Assembly (NCBI RefSeq): GCF_037042905.1
Contig: NC_087251.1
Span: forward strand, 17,548,001 to 17,612,000
Direction: 5' to 3'
From: Lytechinus pictus
Taxonomy: Eukaryota
Length of the DNA: 64,000 bases
Shown here: positions 1-12,361 of the stretch, piece after piece
Layout: each line of letters opens with the position of its first letter
Numbering within the stretch: the stretch's first letter is position 1
Notes under the pieces: generated by a model
What the model was told of the DNA's origin: nothing
What the model saw: the letters and a program-made list of their open reading frames with translations, nothing else
Databases searched by the model: none
Made by a program: the position numbers and the translations under genes

Positions 1-2675
1 TTGCTATATTTGAGTATGAATGACAAATGATGATAAACAATGATAAAAATAATAAAAATAATTGTAATTATAATAAAAAATGATAATAATTGTATAAACT
101 AATTGAGCGCAAAGACCGTCCAGGGACACTCATGGCACTAGCCCAGTAACATGTATTCAAAATACATGTAAGAAGAAAGCCTAGCAAGATGTAAACCAAG
201 TATGAGGAAATAATAGCAAATACCCATCAGCTTGCAATATTTATTCTGTTGATCACTGCATGCTTTTCTGAGCTCTCCTTTTATGTCTTACTTAGTGTTT
301 TTTTTTAATAATCTGTGTGCCATGACCTAATGGGTCCACATCACAAAGCTTCAGCATGCACAGTTTAGACTGCATGAGCACTATTTTATTCTACATGGTC
401 ATTGATATATGCCAAATTAATATCAATTATTCTTGGAAAGGAGAATTGCATAGACAATGTATTCTAATACACCTGTTTTATGAACCTGGATTAATGTGGC
501 TGGCTTCTGTTTTCTTTCACATGTTTTATGCTTAGTGTAGATTAGAGGTAAGTGGGAAAATACAGACAGTACTCTTTGTGGAGGTCAAGGGTTAACTTGA
601 TCTTTGTCCCTGACTTCAACATTCAATGAATGGATATTACCTGCTATAGGACAATTCCTTACAGCAGAGAACAACAGGTTACTGAACCTATTCTCTTATA
701 GTGTAATAATGAGTGAAAGAATTGTGACTGGTAGTGTACATCCAGTATGTACTGACTTGGCCAGTGGTTTGCGTTTATCATAGCTTTAATAAAGAATATG
801 TGGATCACCCAGCCTGTTTCAGCATCGTGGTTAATGTGCTCTATTTTTATATTCAAAACTCATATTTATCATCATTAACTTCTGTGTTTTGTTTGCTAGC
901 ATAAAGTAGCATGCATGAAATACATTTTCACTTTATTTGCTAGTTTCTCTTGCACTTTCTATATACCTTATATGCATTTCATGCATATTTATGTATCATT
1001 TTAAGTGACCAAGTGATATATAAATGAAAATATGGAAAATACTTGTTCATGCACTTTGTAAAGGCAAGCATTTTTAAACTACCCCCCGTGACTGGACTCG
1101 AGAAACGACTCTTTTTCAATCCAGGAATTATATAACAATTCTTCTGTATATCTGATTGACTCTGACAGATTTGTAAATTAATGTGAAAAGATACTGTGCA
1201 TAGTGTATAAATGTTCATTTGTCTACACTGAATTATGACTAGCAATGAATTCTACTTGTAAAATGAGACGCAATTCATGCTTGGACCGATTCTAAGGCTC
1301 TGCATATCAAAGTTATAGCGAGTTGAGCCTATGTAGAACCTTTTGTCATTCGTCCATGTGTAGAAAAAGTAAATGTGTAATGGTTTTTAAATATTAATTT
1401 AGTTCATTTAGCCCTTTCAGATGAAATACTAACACCCAATTAGAATTTTGTGAAGTAGTTTTAATATTTTTACACCCACCCATGGTGTTAGTGTATGCAG
1501 TTGCCAAAGTATTTTGTTGTCAATCAAAAATAAAGTATAAATAATGGATGAAATTTGCATGGTTATTATTCAGATACATCCATGTTTGTAAATCTTTCAT
1601 GTTCATATTGCAATGTAAAAATTTTAACAAATATTTCTACAGTCTATGCTTCTTGATCTGACACTTTCACAAAGATGAAAGTGCGACTTAAAATTGTACT
1701 TTAAATCCCAGATGTGTGCAGTAGGTATAAATCATGCTCAGGGGATGCATGCTATTGCGTAATGATCAATTAGATTGCTGTATACACTCTTCACACATCT
1801 GGTGCTTTAAGTCACACTTCACTGTTTGTGAAACAGACCAACATATGATATACAGTTTATGTCCACTGTGTAGAGTACAGAGGAATTCACTGTTGCAATA
1901 TAAAATACATGGCTATTCTTCACATAATGATATTAAATCCAAATCAAGTATTTTAATTTCTGAGTGCAAGATACATGTAAAGTGGACAGTTGGGTATCCA
2001 AGTTGCAAAAAATAGTTTCGCCTAATTTTCTTAATTAAGGTTGTAAGTAGCATTAAATTGTGAAATTTCCGAACAGAAAACAATACAACCAAGGCCAAAA
2101 GGGAATCTGTCCCCCATGAATTGCTATTGGGTTATACCCAAACTGCAATTTGGAATAAACAGCCTTAGGAAGAATACCCCCATTTAAAAAGTATTATTTT
2201 GATTTCTCCAGTTCTGAGTAAGGTAATGCATGTGTGGCAGATGTCCTTTGCAGTTCATTATCAAGATTATCTCAGAAAAAAATATGAAATTTGGAATTCA
2301 AAATTATTTTACACCAGGTATGATTTTTCTTCACCGCAAACTTCGCCCATTCGATGTGGGAAAATTACTGATCGCACAAAGGAGAATGACAGGTGAAGTT
2401 AGTCAGTCTCTTTCTCACGATCAGTAATTCTACACTAGCCTGGCGTATATCGGATAGGCTACTGCAAACTGGGTGTAGGGAAAAAGGTTATTATTCAAGG
2501 TAGTGCGACAAGGCTAGATGGATCGTGGGCTAGTGCAAAAAGATTTATTCCTAAATCGAGCCTAAATTTTCATAATTGAATGATGCCTTTGGTATACACT
2601 AAGACAATAATTGCATAGTACATCAAACTGTCTTTGCAGGAACAGCTTTACGGAGGTACTTGACTTTGCTCACCT

Positions 2676-2809
2676 GGGGCCTGTAGCACAAAGCTTAGCG
2701 ATTGATCATAGGACTGATTTCTATGATTGATTACCTATATCATTATGTGCAATCAATCGTTAAAATAACCTGAATAATCAATTGATAAACTTTTTGAGTT
2801 GCTGGCCCC
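2676..2809. mobile_element. Palindromic MITE (GGGGCC...GGCCCC)
   Basis: Whole element is an imperfect inverted repeat: ggggcctgtagcacaaagcttagcgattgat ... atcaattgataaactttttgagttgctggcccc. Confidence 0.65.
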
Positions 2810-4571
2810 GATTGGTCAACACTTTTTAAACTAGCTCGCTTTGCATTTAGTATGTCTAGTCTTTTCCATATGATTCAGTATCAAACTACCCTTAAAATCC
2901 GGCATCTGATGTGTGCTTACTAATTTTGGCCGAATTGCTTTTGCATTTGCTGTAGTTGGTATGTTTTGAGAGAGGAAAAAAGGTCTTTTGAAATGCCCCA
3001 TTGGCTTGCAGTATTTTGACAAGACTTCATTTCCTTCAGAAAAATCATGCTACATTGAAATGCAGATTTATCTGTTATATTAACAGATGATGGATTTAAA
3101 AGGATAAACATTTTAAATTACAATTTTTACTCCCTCTGTAAAGTAAGCCAATATTGAGGAAATTTGCAAAATTTTAAATGAATGAGACATTTATTCTATA
3201 TTTAAGAAAATGGTAAATTTAATAATTTATCAATTGATGCATTACAGTAAAGGTAAAAAGTGCAAATTCGTATTGGAAAAGTGATACTTTTTAAGTATCC
3301 AAAACCTTGAAATCATAGTAAGGTAGTAGAATTGATATCATCAGTCAAGGAGAAAGTCATTGATTGTATATTACCCAGAGCAGAATGTTAATTCATAAAT
3401 GCTATTATTTTCAGTGGGTTTATTGGACATAGTATTCTGTTAAAATATGCAAAATCGGTGGGTAGCCCATATTTTATTCACTCCCGAGTTTCTATCAGTT
3501 TAGTGGTATTGTCTTTGAGTTTGAATGCAGTGTTTTTAATTTTGAAAAAAAAAGAACAGTGCTCAGCTATACACTGTAGATATGAATAATACAAAAAGAC
3601 AAATTATACTACTTAATAATTTTTGTTCTGATTTTCTTTTTGTTTCATTTTATGAATATACAATAAATGATACAGAAGATGTGAATTGTAAACTTGTCTC
3701 ATCAGAGTGTATCCTTGTTTGATGAAAGGTTTCCATACATGACAAAGACTTGTTTAAATGAGGACTGCTGCAGTTAATTAATTTTGAAGTTCAATTGTGT
3801 TAATGATCACAAAATGAATAACAATACACAATGACCACTCAAATGCTTTAAATACATGTACATCATAAATTGAAAAGTATGTGCCAAATTATTCTGGAAA
3901 AAATGTGTAATGACTTGGTAATTGGCAAACAAGCATGAAAATATTGTCAACAAACTGGTCTACTTTCAGGTAATAATCTTTACTTTAACTCTATCTAGGC
4001 CGGTTTTTTGGGGGGAGTTCATATGGCTGGGGAAGGGGGCCTCCCAGCCCCCCTTGAGATCTCGGCTAGTGAATGCGCGATCACACCGAAAATTGGCACG
4101 CAGCTTGTCTTGGGCATAATCTACAAAATTGTATAGTAATTTATTTCATGCAAATTGCTATTAAGTGATTATGCTAATTTATACGTAATTAGTATGCGAA
4201 ATCATACTTTTCCTAAATAAAGCTCCAAATGCTCTAATTTTTGGTATAAAAACTCTTTGTGGTGTTCTTAGCAAGTGTACATGAAAGCAATTGCGATATC
4301 AGATCAATTTATTGTTTTTTGCAATTTTTTATGCATTTCTTTTTTTTTACCTTTTGTTTTTAAAAATTAACATTTTTGAAGAATATCCTGAATTAATCCC
4401 TGTCATTTCAAGAGTGAACATATGGTAAGTTCGCTTAACCCAATCAACCTACTGGGCTGAGGGAGCTCGCATAAACAAAGAAAATGCAAATTCAATATTT
4501 TCACAAATATCCTGAATTAACCCCTACTTTGGGAAAATCTTTGTTTTAAATATAAACACGGACATCACCTT

Positions 4572-5741
4572 ACTTACTTACTTACTGCCCATTATGCCGG
4601 GTGGGCACGTAGGGCAGCAACAAAAGTCTTCCACTCCACTGTCCAAAGCCAGGCGCTGTAGTGTCCCCCAGGTGCAGGTCAGGTCCCTCATTTCCCTCTC
4701 TACGGTCCTTCTCCAGGTGTTCTTGGGTCTCCCCCTCTTCCTCTTCCCTTCTGGAGTCCAATAGAGTGCCATTTTGGTAATGCTACCATCCTCTTTCCTT
4801 AGCACATGGCCAATCCAGCTCCAGCGTCTTCTTTGTATAATGCCTTCCATGCATCCCAATTGGCATCTATCATATAGTTCTTCGTTTGATATCATATCGG
4901 TCAAAAAATGCGACATATTTTCCTTAGAGATTTGTTGTGGAAAACTGATACCTTATGAAGGTCTTTCATTGTAATTCTCCAGCATTCTGATCCATACAAG
5001 AGAGTTGAAAGGACGCAACTTTGATAAATCTTTAGTTTGGTTTTGATACTCAACTGTTGTGACTTCCAAATAGGATTCAGCATAGAGAATGCAGTTCTTG
5101 CTTTGTTCAAGCGATTCATTATATCTACTCCTGCACCTCCATCATGTGTTACAATGCTTCCAAGGTACGTGAATTTATCTGTTGTTGGAAGGTCTTCGCC
5201 ATTGGCTTGTATACTTGAGGGGTTTTCAGCATTAAGTGTCATTACTTCAGTTTTCTTCTGATTGATCCTCAGCCCAATTTGATGTGCAAAGTTAGTAAGG
5301 CGGGATGGGATGTCTTCTCCTGCATGTGCCGGTGGGTATGAGACACCAGAGCCAGATCATCTGCAAAGTCTAAGTCTTCAAGTGCTGAAAAGAGTGACCA
5401 CCTAATACCCCTTTTCTGATCTGCAGTAGCCTCCCTCATTACCCAATCAATGGCCAGGTTGAACAGTAATGCAGACATAACACAACCTTGTCTCACTCCA
5501 GTTTTCACCTGGAAACTCAAGTCACTATTCCCAACCCTGCAAATGAATTTGTAGTAGAAGCTCTTGATAATGGCTACTACAGGCTGGGGAATGCCGTAAC
5601 TACGCAAAATTCTCCATAAGCTGTCTCTGTGTAAACTGTCAAAGGCCTTTTCGAAGTCTACAAAATTAATGTATAACTGCCTTTGCCATTCTGTGCATTG
5701 CTCAATAATGTTGCGCAGGACAAAAATCTGATCAATGCACC
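4572..5741 (-). mobile_element. 5'-truncated RTE-clade LINE
   Basis: RT (GVRQGCVMS, DFADD, YLGS) and RTE C-terminus (WIGHVLR, KRKRGRPKNTW); (TAAG)n tail; 11-bp TSD GACATCACCTT at 4561-4571 and 5742-5752. Confidence 0.93.
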
Positions 5742-5931
5742 GACATCACCTTGTTCCTCCATTACTCTTCGCCTCTTCTACCTCCTCGCCCTCATCCTGC
5801 ATCTCTCCTCCTTCCTCTTCTACCTCATAGTGTCATTGTCATAAACTAGTCCCAGGAGAAAATACTAGTATTTGATTTGCCTCTGTCTGCTACATAGTTT
5901 ATACTCAATACACAGGAAATTACCCTTGCAG

Positions 5932-6349
5932 CAGACCTGCCAACCTTCTACAACCAAAAAAGTATTACAAGGAAAAAAAAGTATTTTTTGACTAAAAAGA
6001 TTTTTTTTTTTTAATTTGTACCAACGTAACAATCGCCAGCCTGTTGTATTGAGATCGGTGAAAAAACATGTGAAATGACTCTACTTGAAAACTTGATAAT
6101 TCACCCTTTTAAACGTGTGCTTGTAAACAAAAATTTACTTGTTCTTTTCATGCAACAAGTTACTGGCCCGACAGTGATTTTTACCGGTCTGGGACTGTTG
6201 GACCAGCGCTAGTGTCACGTGCTGTGTATAATACAAACTCAATGATCAGAAATATAAAAAAAGTAACAAATCATACAAAAAAAGTATTGGTGTATTTATA
6301 GCAAAAAAGAGGAACAAATACTCTAAAAAGGGAACAGTTGGCATGTCTG
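5932..6349. mobile_element. MITE with CAGACCTGCCAAC TIR
   Basis: TIR CAGACCTGCCAAC / GTTGGCATGTCTG; TTGCAG repeated on both flanks. Confidence 0.7.
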
Positions 6350-6449
6350 TTGCAGTGATAAATGGTTTTTAATACACCAGAACAATCCAGAAAGAATACT
6401 TTGATAAAAGATTTTATTAACATCTTCATAACACACTTATTTGGACAGT

Positions 6450-7381
6450 ATACAAATGATGCATGGGTTAGAGTGGGTCAGTAGGAACTGTGTGCACAAG
6501 GTAACTTTGGCATGGTTTAACCCACGAGGCGCAGCCGAGTGGGTTTAGACCATAATGCCAAAGTTACCGCGTGCACACAGTTCCAATGACCCACAAAAGA
6601 AACCCATGCATCATCTGTTTTATAGAATGGAAAAATTTTATTGAATAAACCACAAAAATTAATGATTTACCGGATGCATGATAATTTCATGCGTCCGGTA
6701 AATTCAATTTACCGGACGCATGAAAATATTTACCGGACGCATGATTTTTTTTACCGGACGCATGATTTTTTACCGGATGCATGAAAATTCCAAAATGTAA
6801 TGCAGACCCTTTGATAACCCTGGAAAACATAAATATGTATGCCTAACTTTATAATATGTTGGCACAAAGGCATCATTATACCCAAAATGCCAGATACAGC
6901 TTTGCATTGACTAGATCTATGAGGCAGCCTCAGACCTCCAATAGCTGTGTGTGTATGCCCGGGCCGCGCCGGGGGCCAGTGCCTACGGCTGCCTGGGCCC
7001 GCAGTGGAGATTTGGCTGTGCACAGCCAGCCCAGGGCAGTAAATCTATAATTAAACGTTAGATCGTATGTCTGGACTTCTCAACTAACGAGTATGCAGGC
7101 AGTTTTAATCCCTTTGACAATTACGGTAACGTATTTGTACTTACAGATAATTTTGCATCCTTTATTTGATTCATTCTGCCTTGATCGAAAAAATTCAAAA
7201 TTTTGACGTAAACAAGCGTAACAGTACATGCGCGATGACATCACAATGACCTTTTCGGACGATAGCTTGTTTACAGTGGATATCGTTTTGATTATCGGGA
7301 TATCGTTCATGCAACCCAGTAAAAATTCTTGCATAGCTCTCAACCAATCAGATTGCAGGGATTTTCCCATCCATTCTATAA
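6450..7381. mobile_element. Hairpin-plus-inverted-repeat element A (Crypton-like non-autonomous, tentative)
   Basis: ~75-bp-arm hairpin at 6452-6618 with loop CGAGGCGCAGCCGAG; IR TTATAGAATGG (6620) / CCATTCTATAA (7370); internal ~21-bp tandem repeat at 6667-6790. Confidence 0.6.
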
Positions 7382-7500
7382 TATCTTTAGCTAGCATAAA
7401 TAGTAATATATTTGACTGAATATAAAATGAGCAAGCATTCAAGAAATTTTACATCAATCTACAAGAATGGGATGTCCAAGACACAATATTTCTTTGTTAA

Positions 7501-8799
7501 AGGACACGTTCACCTCAACAAAATGTTGATTTGAATAAAAAGAGAAAACTTCAACAAGCAAACACTGAAAATTTCATCAAAATCAGATGTAAAATAAGAA
7601 AGTTATGACATTTTGAAGTTTTGCTTAATTAAACAAGTGGAATGCCTCTGGCCGTCTCACCTGCATCACGCGATTCAATATAGCAGCAGTGCTGATTTTG
7701 AAAACTACTATAACTCGCACAAGATGTTCAGTGATACTTGGTTACTCTTATTTCCACGTTTTATGAACTAGACCAATACACTTATAGAGATATGATGGCA
7801 ATTCAACAAATACCCCCAACGTGGCCAAAGTTCTTTGACCTTACATGACCTTTGACCTTGATCATGTGACCTGAAACTCGCACAGGATGTTCAGTGATAC
7901 TTGATTACTATTATGTCCAAGTTTTATGAACAAGACCAACACACTTTCAAATTTATGGCTGTAATTCAACAAATACCCCAATTTGGCCAAAGTTCATTGA
8001 CCCTAAATGACCTTTGACCTTGATCATGTGACCTGAAACTTGCACAGGATGTTCAGTAATACTTGATTACTATTATGTCCAAGTTTCATGAATCAGATCC
8101 AAAACCTTTAAAGTTATGATGGTAATTCAACAGATACCCCCAATTCGGCCAAAGTTCATTGACCCTAAATGACCTTTGACCTTGGTCATGTGACGTGAAA
8201 CTCATGCAGGATGTTCAGTGATACTTGATTAACCTTATGTATAAGTTTCATGAACTAGGTCCATATATTTTCTAAGTTATGATGACATTTCAAAAACTTA
8301 ACCTTAGGTTAAGATTTTGATGTTGATTCCCCCAACATGGTCTAAGTTCATTGACCCTAAATGACCTTTGACCTTGGTCATGTGACATGAAACTCAGGCA
8401 GGATGTTCAGTAATACTTGATTAACCTTATGGCCAAGTTTCATGAACTAGGTCCATATACTTTCTAAGTTATGCTGTCATTTCAAAAACTTAACCTCAGG
8501 TTAAGATTTGGTGTTGACGCCGCCGTCGCCGCCGCCGCCGTCGCCGTCGCCGTCGGAAAAGCGGCGCCTATAGTCTCACTCTGCTATGCAGGTGAGACAA
8601 CAAAATAGTTATATGCACATCCTGGTCAGTATGCAGATGAGGAGACTGATGATGTCATCCACTCACTATTTCTTTTGTATTTTATTATATGAAATATTCT
8701 AATTTTACATCCGATTTTGATGAAATTTTTTCAGCGTTATGCTAGTTTGATTTTCCTCTATTTATTCAAAACAAAATATTTCTGGGGTGGACTTGACCT
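7501..8799. mobile_element. Kolobok-like MITE (TTAA TSD) interrupted by HINE copy 1
   Basis: TTAA|AGGACACGTTCACCTCA ... TGGGGTGGACTTGACCT|TTAA; related fragment at about 28885-29110. Confidence 0.75.
7631..8600 (+). mobile_element. Helentron-associated (HINE)/pearl-like non-autonomous element, copy 1
   Basis: ACAAG start; subterminal IR GTCTCACCTGCAT (7654) / ATGCAGGTGAGAC (8586); about 4 tandem 160-190 bp units with TGACCTTTGACCTTG; (GCC)n; 3' hairpin; A-rich flanks. Confidence 0.8.
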
Positions 8800-9465
8800 T
8801 TAAGTATTAGCTTTCGTTCATCAGTAATTCATTAAATATTTTTAGTCCATAATGGTTCGATTGTCTTGTACATCAACATGAACTATCCATTAAAAGCACA
8901 ATATACCTATATGATATCCAAGCTGAGAAATATCTGAGATAGATTCAGGGGAACATTTCAAGGAAGTATGTGTCGGATGTTAATCTGACAAACTATGTTT
9001 TATACAACAGTTACCAGATGACAAGAAACATTCATTGCTCACATCAAGACTTACACTTACTAAGGACTTCAAATAAGAAACTTTGGGTAGGGGTGCTTTC
9101 AGGAGTCTTGGACTTATGAAAGCCATGGCTACACAGTTTCCAACACATGGAAAAAATATCTCCTGCCCATCTTTAACCCAAGACCAATGTGCGTGCCATA
9201 TTTCATGAGAAATGTTTAAAAGTGAGGAACTTGTTCTAACTACAAAATTTTAAACTAATTTTTGCCATCATACATTATTACCATGGCAACACACTTTACA
9301 AAACAAGAAATATTTTTTGCCTACTTTTACTCAAAGACCAAGGTGTGTGTCAAATTTCATGAGAATTTGATAAAAACTGAAGGAGACAGTACGCTAAATC
9401 CTATTTATCCCCTTCAAACTTTATTTGATGGGGTATTTAAAACATATTATTAACACAACGTATGT

Positions 9466-9708
9466 GGGCGCATCGTTGTCTAGTGGTTCTGAGAGAGGGC
9501 CATGGTGTGTTTTCCTTCAGCAAGAAATTTATCCACACTGTGCTGCACTCGACCCAGGTGAGGTAAATGGGTACCGGCAGGAAGTAATTCCTCAAAAAGC
9601 TGTGCGTAACAGAATCGGTAGACTAGATCAGCCGGGGTAATATAGGAGCGCCTTGAGCACCTAGCAAGGTGGATATGTGCGCTATACAAATCCTTTATTA
9701 TTATTATT
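9466..9708 (+). mobile_element. tRNA-derived SINE (internally deleted head); second copy at about 26862-27130
   Basis: A-box-like ttgtctagtgg; shared core tccttcagcaagaaatttatccacactgtgctgcactcgacccaggtgaggtaaatgg; L2-like tail gcgctatacaaatcc(tta)n. Confidence 0.8.
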
Positions 9709-9734
9709 AAAAAAGACGGATAACATGATCATCA

Positions 9735-11460
9735 TATATGCAAAGTGATGCTCATAAGGATGCAGATGTGTTTCATCAACACAGTAGGAAAACAGGTCGG
9801 GATATCCACTCAATCTTCTCAAGACAAGCCAAGAAAGAAAAGCAACAAACAAAGCAGGGACACTTGTCTATAATGGATGTTGACATAAACCTTGAGATGC
9901 AAGGAATTGTTTTAAGAGGCAATTGACAAAAAGATTAAAAAAGAGGAGGATTGGAACTTTGATTTTTTGTCAACTGAAAAGCAAAGTTTGACACTGCACT
10001 GAAAGAGCCTCTACAACACACCTAAAAAAATGCCAAGTTTACCCCACCTTGGATTAAAAATGAAACTGAATATCTGTGAGAATATCATCCATTCTGCAGT
10101 ACAGGAGCGTGACGGCAGATGAAACTGATGTGTCTGCAGTGGAAAAAATGAGGATCTGTAAGCATCACATAAACCAAGACGAAGCATTTTGTGAAGAATT
10201 TTTGGGATTTCAACATATCAAGAAAATGGAGTCCAACGTGATGTATGATGCACTGATCCCGCCCTCCTAGAATGGGGATCAGACCTCTCCAACCTCTTCG
10301 GATAGGATTACGGTGGAGCAGCCACCATGAGTGGTAGAGTAAATGGCTAAAGGAAGAGAGTTCTAGATAATTATCCCATGGCAACCTATGTACATTGTCG
10401 TTCTCACGTTCTCAATCTGGCAATTGCAGGAAAATACAAAACTGACATCAATCAGAAATCTCTTTGATAAAGTAAGGAATATCACAGCTTTCTTAGGAGA
10501 TGGTGCTAAGAGAAAAGAAATTGCCAAGGGACACTTTCTGGGAACGAGAAGGTCATGATAATAAGGAAATATTGGATACAGATGAGGCTGATGGAGGCGA
10601 TGACAGTTTATACGAGCATGCAAGAAACTTCCAATATTATGTCCAACTTGTTGGAGTTATTGAGTGGAGACTCTATCAGTATCCCAAAGTAAATACAATC
10701 TTTAAATTGTGATAGCTGATGAAAGTAGTGGTGATCCACACATGAACTCTGAAACTTTCATTTGCTTGCTTGAGGATCCTGAATTCATTTGTAAGTCTGG
10801 CTGTTTGTCAACACATTCTCATATACATTGTACCAGTGACCAAGAATCTCCAGGCTTAGGACTTGTGATTGAAGAGAGGCCTATAATAATGTCAAGAGGA
10901 CACATGAGTGCATCAGTGAGCAGCAATCGGAAGAGAGATGGAATTATGCTTGGAGGCAGATAGAAATAATTGCGGGAAATACAATGTGGAAAAGCGAAAA
11001 CAAAGATCAAGATTTCGGAGACATCGTGCAAATGCAGGATACAGTGCAGATCAATCAACTTCTGAGTAATACTGAATCAATATATAATATCTTTTCAGTG
11101 ACCATGTCGTTGAAGAGCTACAAACAAGGTTCTAATCATCTCATGAGGGATTGCTTGCTGCCCAATACCTGGTTCCAGCCTATATCAGAGGTCTATCGAA
11201 TGAGAACATTTCAGGATACAAAGACCTCCCATAAGAAAGGGATAAGCATATTGGAATATCTTTTGTTTTCTTTCTTAAGTTTCTTTATCAAATCTCTAAC
11301 TGGAGAGTGGATGCAGATTCACAAGTGAGTTTCTTCACAGATCTGTTCAGAGACACTTTCATATTGTTGGTAATCTGCCATTTATGAACAATTCACTATT
11401 AAAGTATTTGGTCACACTACCCCAAATTTTTACCCCCAAAATATATATACGATGCATACA
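9735..11460 (+). pseudogene. Decayed hAT-family transposase (ZMYM1/THAP12-like type)
   Basis: Fragmentary frames give ADETDVS, CEEFLGF, YGGAATMSG..NG (degenerate GYDGA..MSG) and YVHCRSHVLNLAI (the hAT CxxH motif); many stops and frameshifts. Confidence 0.72.
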
Positions 11461-12161
11461 AATATCCCAAAATATCACATGGAACAATATGAAGTCTGGA
11501 TCATACCGGGGTGAGTAAAATTAAGTAATTGTCAATTATCTTTAATTTTGAAATAGATCGTGGGCAGTCATTTTGAGAAAAAAAAAGTTGGTGGAATTGA
11601 ATTTCTGCTGTTTTATTTATTTTTTTTTAGCACTAGAAAAAAATTAGAGGGATGCTGAAAATGTCTCCTTAAACTGGATACTTCATAGTTAGAAGTTCTG
11701 CTTGGGGTTATAATTCAGTACGTAATTTGATCCCCTTATATCTGTAGAAAAGAAAATATGCTTTTCATAGCAGTCCAAATTTCCAGTTATATGATTTGTA
11801 TTGGGTCAATTCTATCAGACTTTTTATATGTGGGACTGCCTAAAGTTATTTGTATCTGTTTTCTGGATCATATGAAAGGTTGAAATACCACATGAAGTGA
11901 AGTAAGAATAAAGAAAATGGGGGTCAGATGTACAAGAAGGTTCAATACTTCATGGAATTACCCATTGGAAATTTAAAATCGACAAAATTATTGTTGTAGG
12001 TGAACCGAATAAAGATAACTTCCATCAAACGTCTGACAGTTCACTACCTCTCATACTAGATTGAATTTACTAGTATTTCCAAGACGGCATTACAAATTAC
12101 GAATGGCTGTATAACCAGTCAGCTTGAACATAGACCATCTCGTTCCACAAGCCATCTGAAT

Positions 12162-12254
12162 TCACCATCTGATCATTATTGTGTTTCCAGATTCAACACC
12201 AAAGAATCCCAGTTGTCTCAGGTCATTATCTAGAGGAATCTCCTGATCAGGTAA
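12162..12254 (-). CDS. TBCE: TBCE last coding exon (C-terminus and stop)
   Basis: gtacag| LPDQEIPLDNDLRQLGFFGVESGNTIMIRW-TGA, matching the TBCE C-terminal L.NDL..L.F..VE.G....RW pattern. Confidence 0.96.
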   Translation of the reverse strand, partial: LPDQEIPLDNDLRQLGFFGVESGNTIMIRW

Positions 12255-12361
12255 CTGTACAAACAAAAAAACACAAGAAATACAAATATGATAATACTCA
12301 ATCACAGTTACAAGCTACTTTATTATCTCCTGAAATCATTGACTTGAATGGCTAAATAAAA

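Noticed and set aside
2385..2420. SECIS element within the hairpin
   Set aside because: ATGA is present, but the apical AA spacing and opposing GA quartet do not fit, and no selenoprotein gene is visible.
1..3950. Coding exons of a neighbouring gene
   Set aside because: Only short ORFs with no recognisable similarity; it may be a 3' UTR or intergenic DNA, which I cannot determine.
6667..6790. CRISPR-like array
   Set aside because: Units are contiguous with no unique spacers, there are no cas genes, and the context is eukaryotic.
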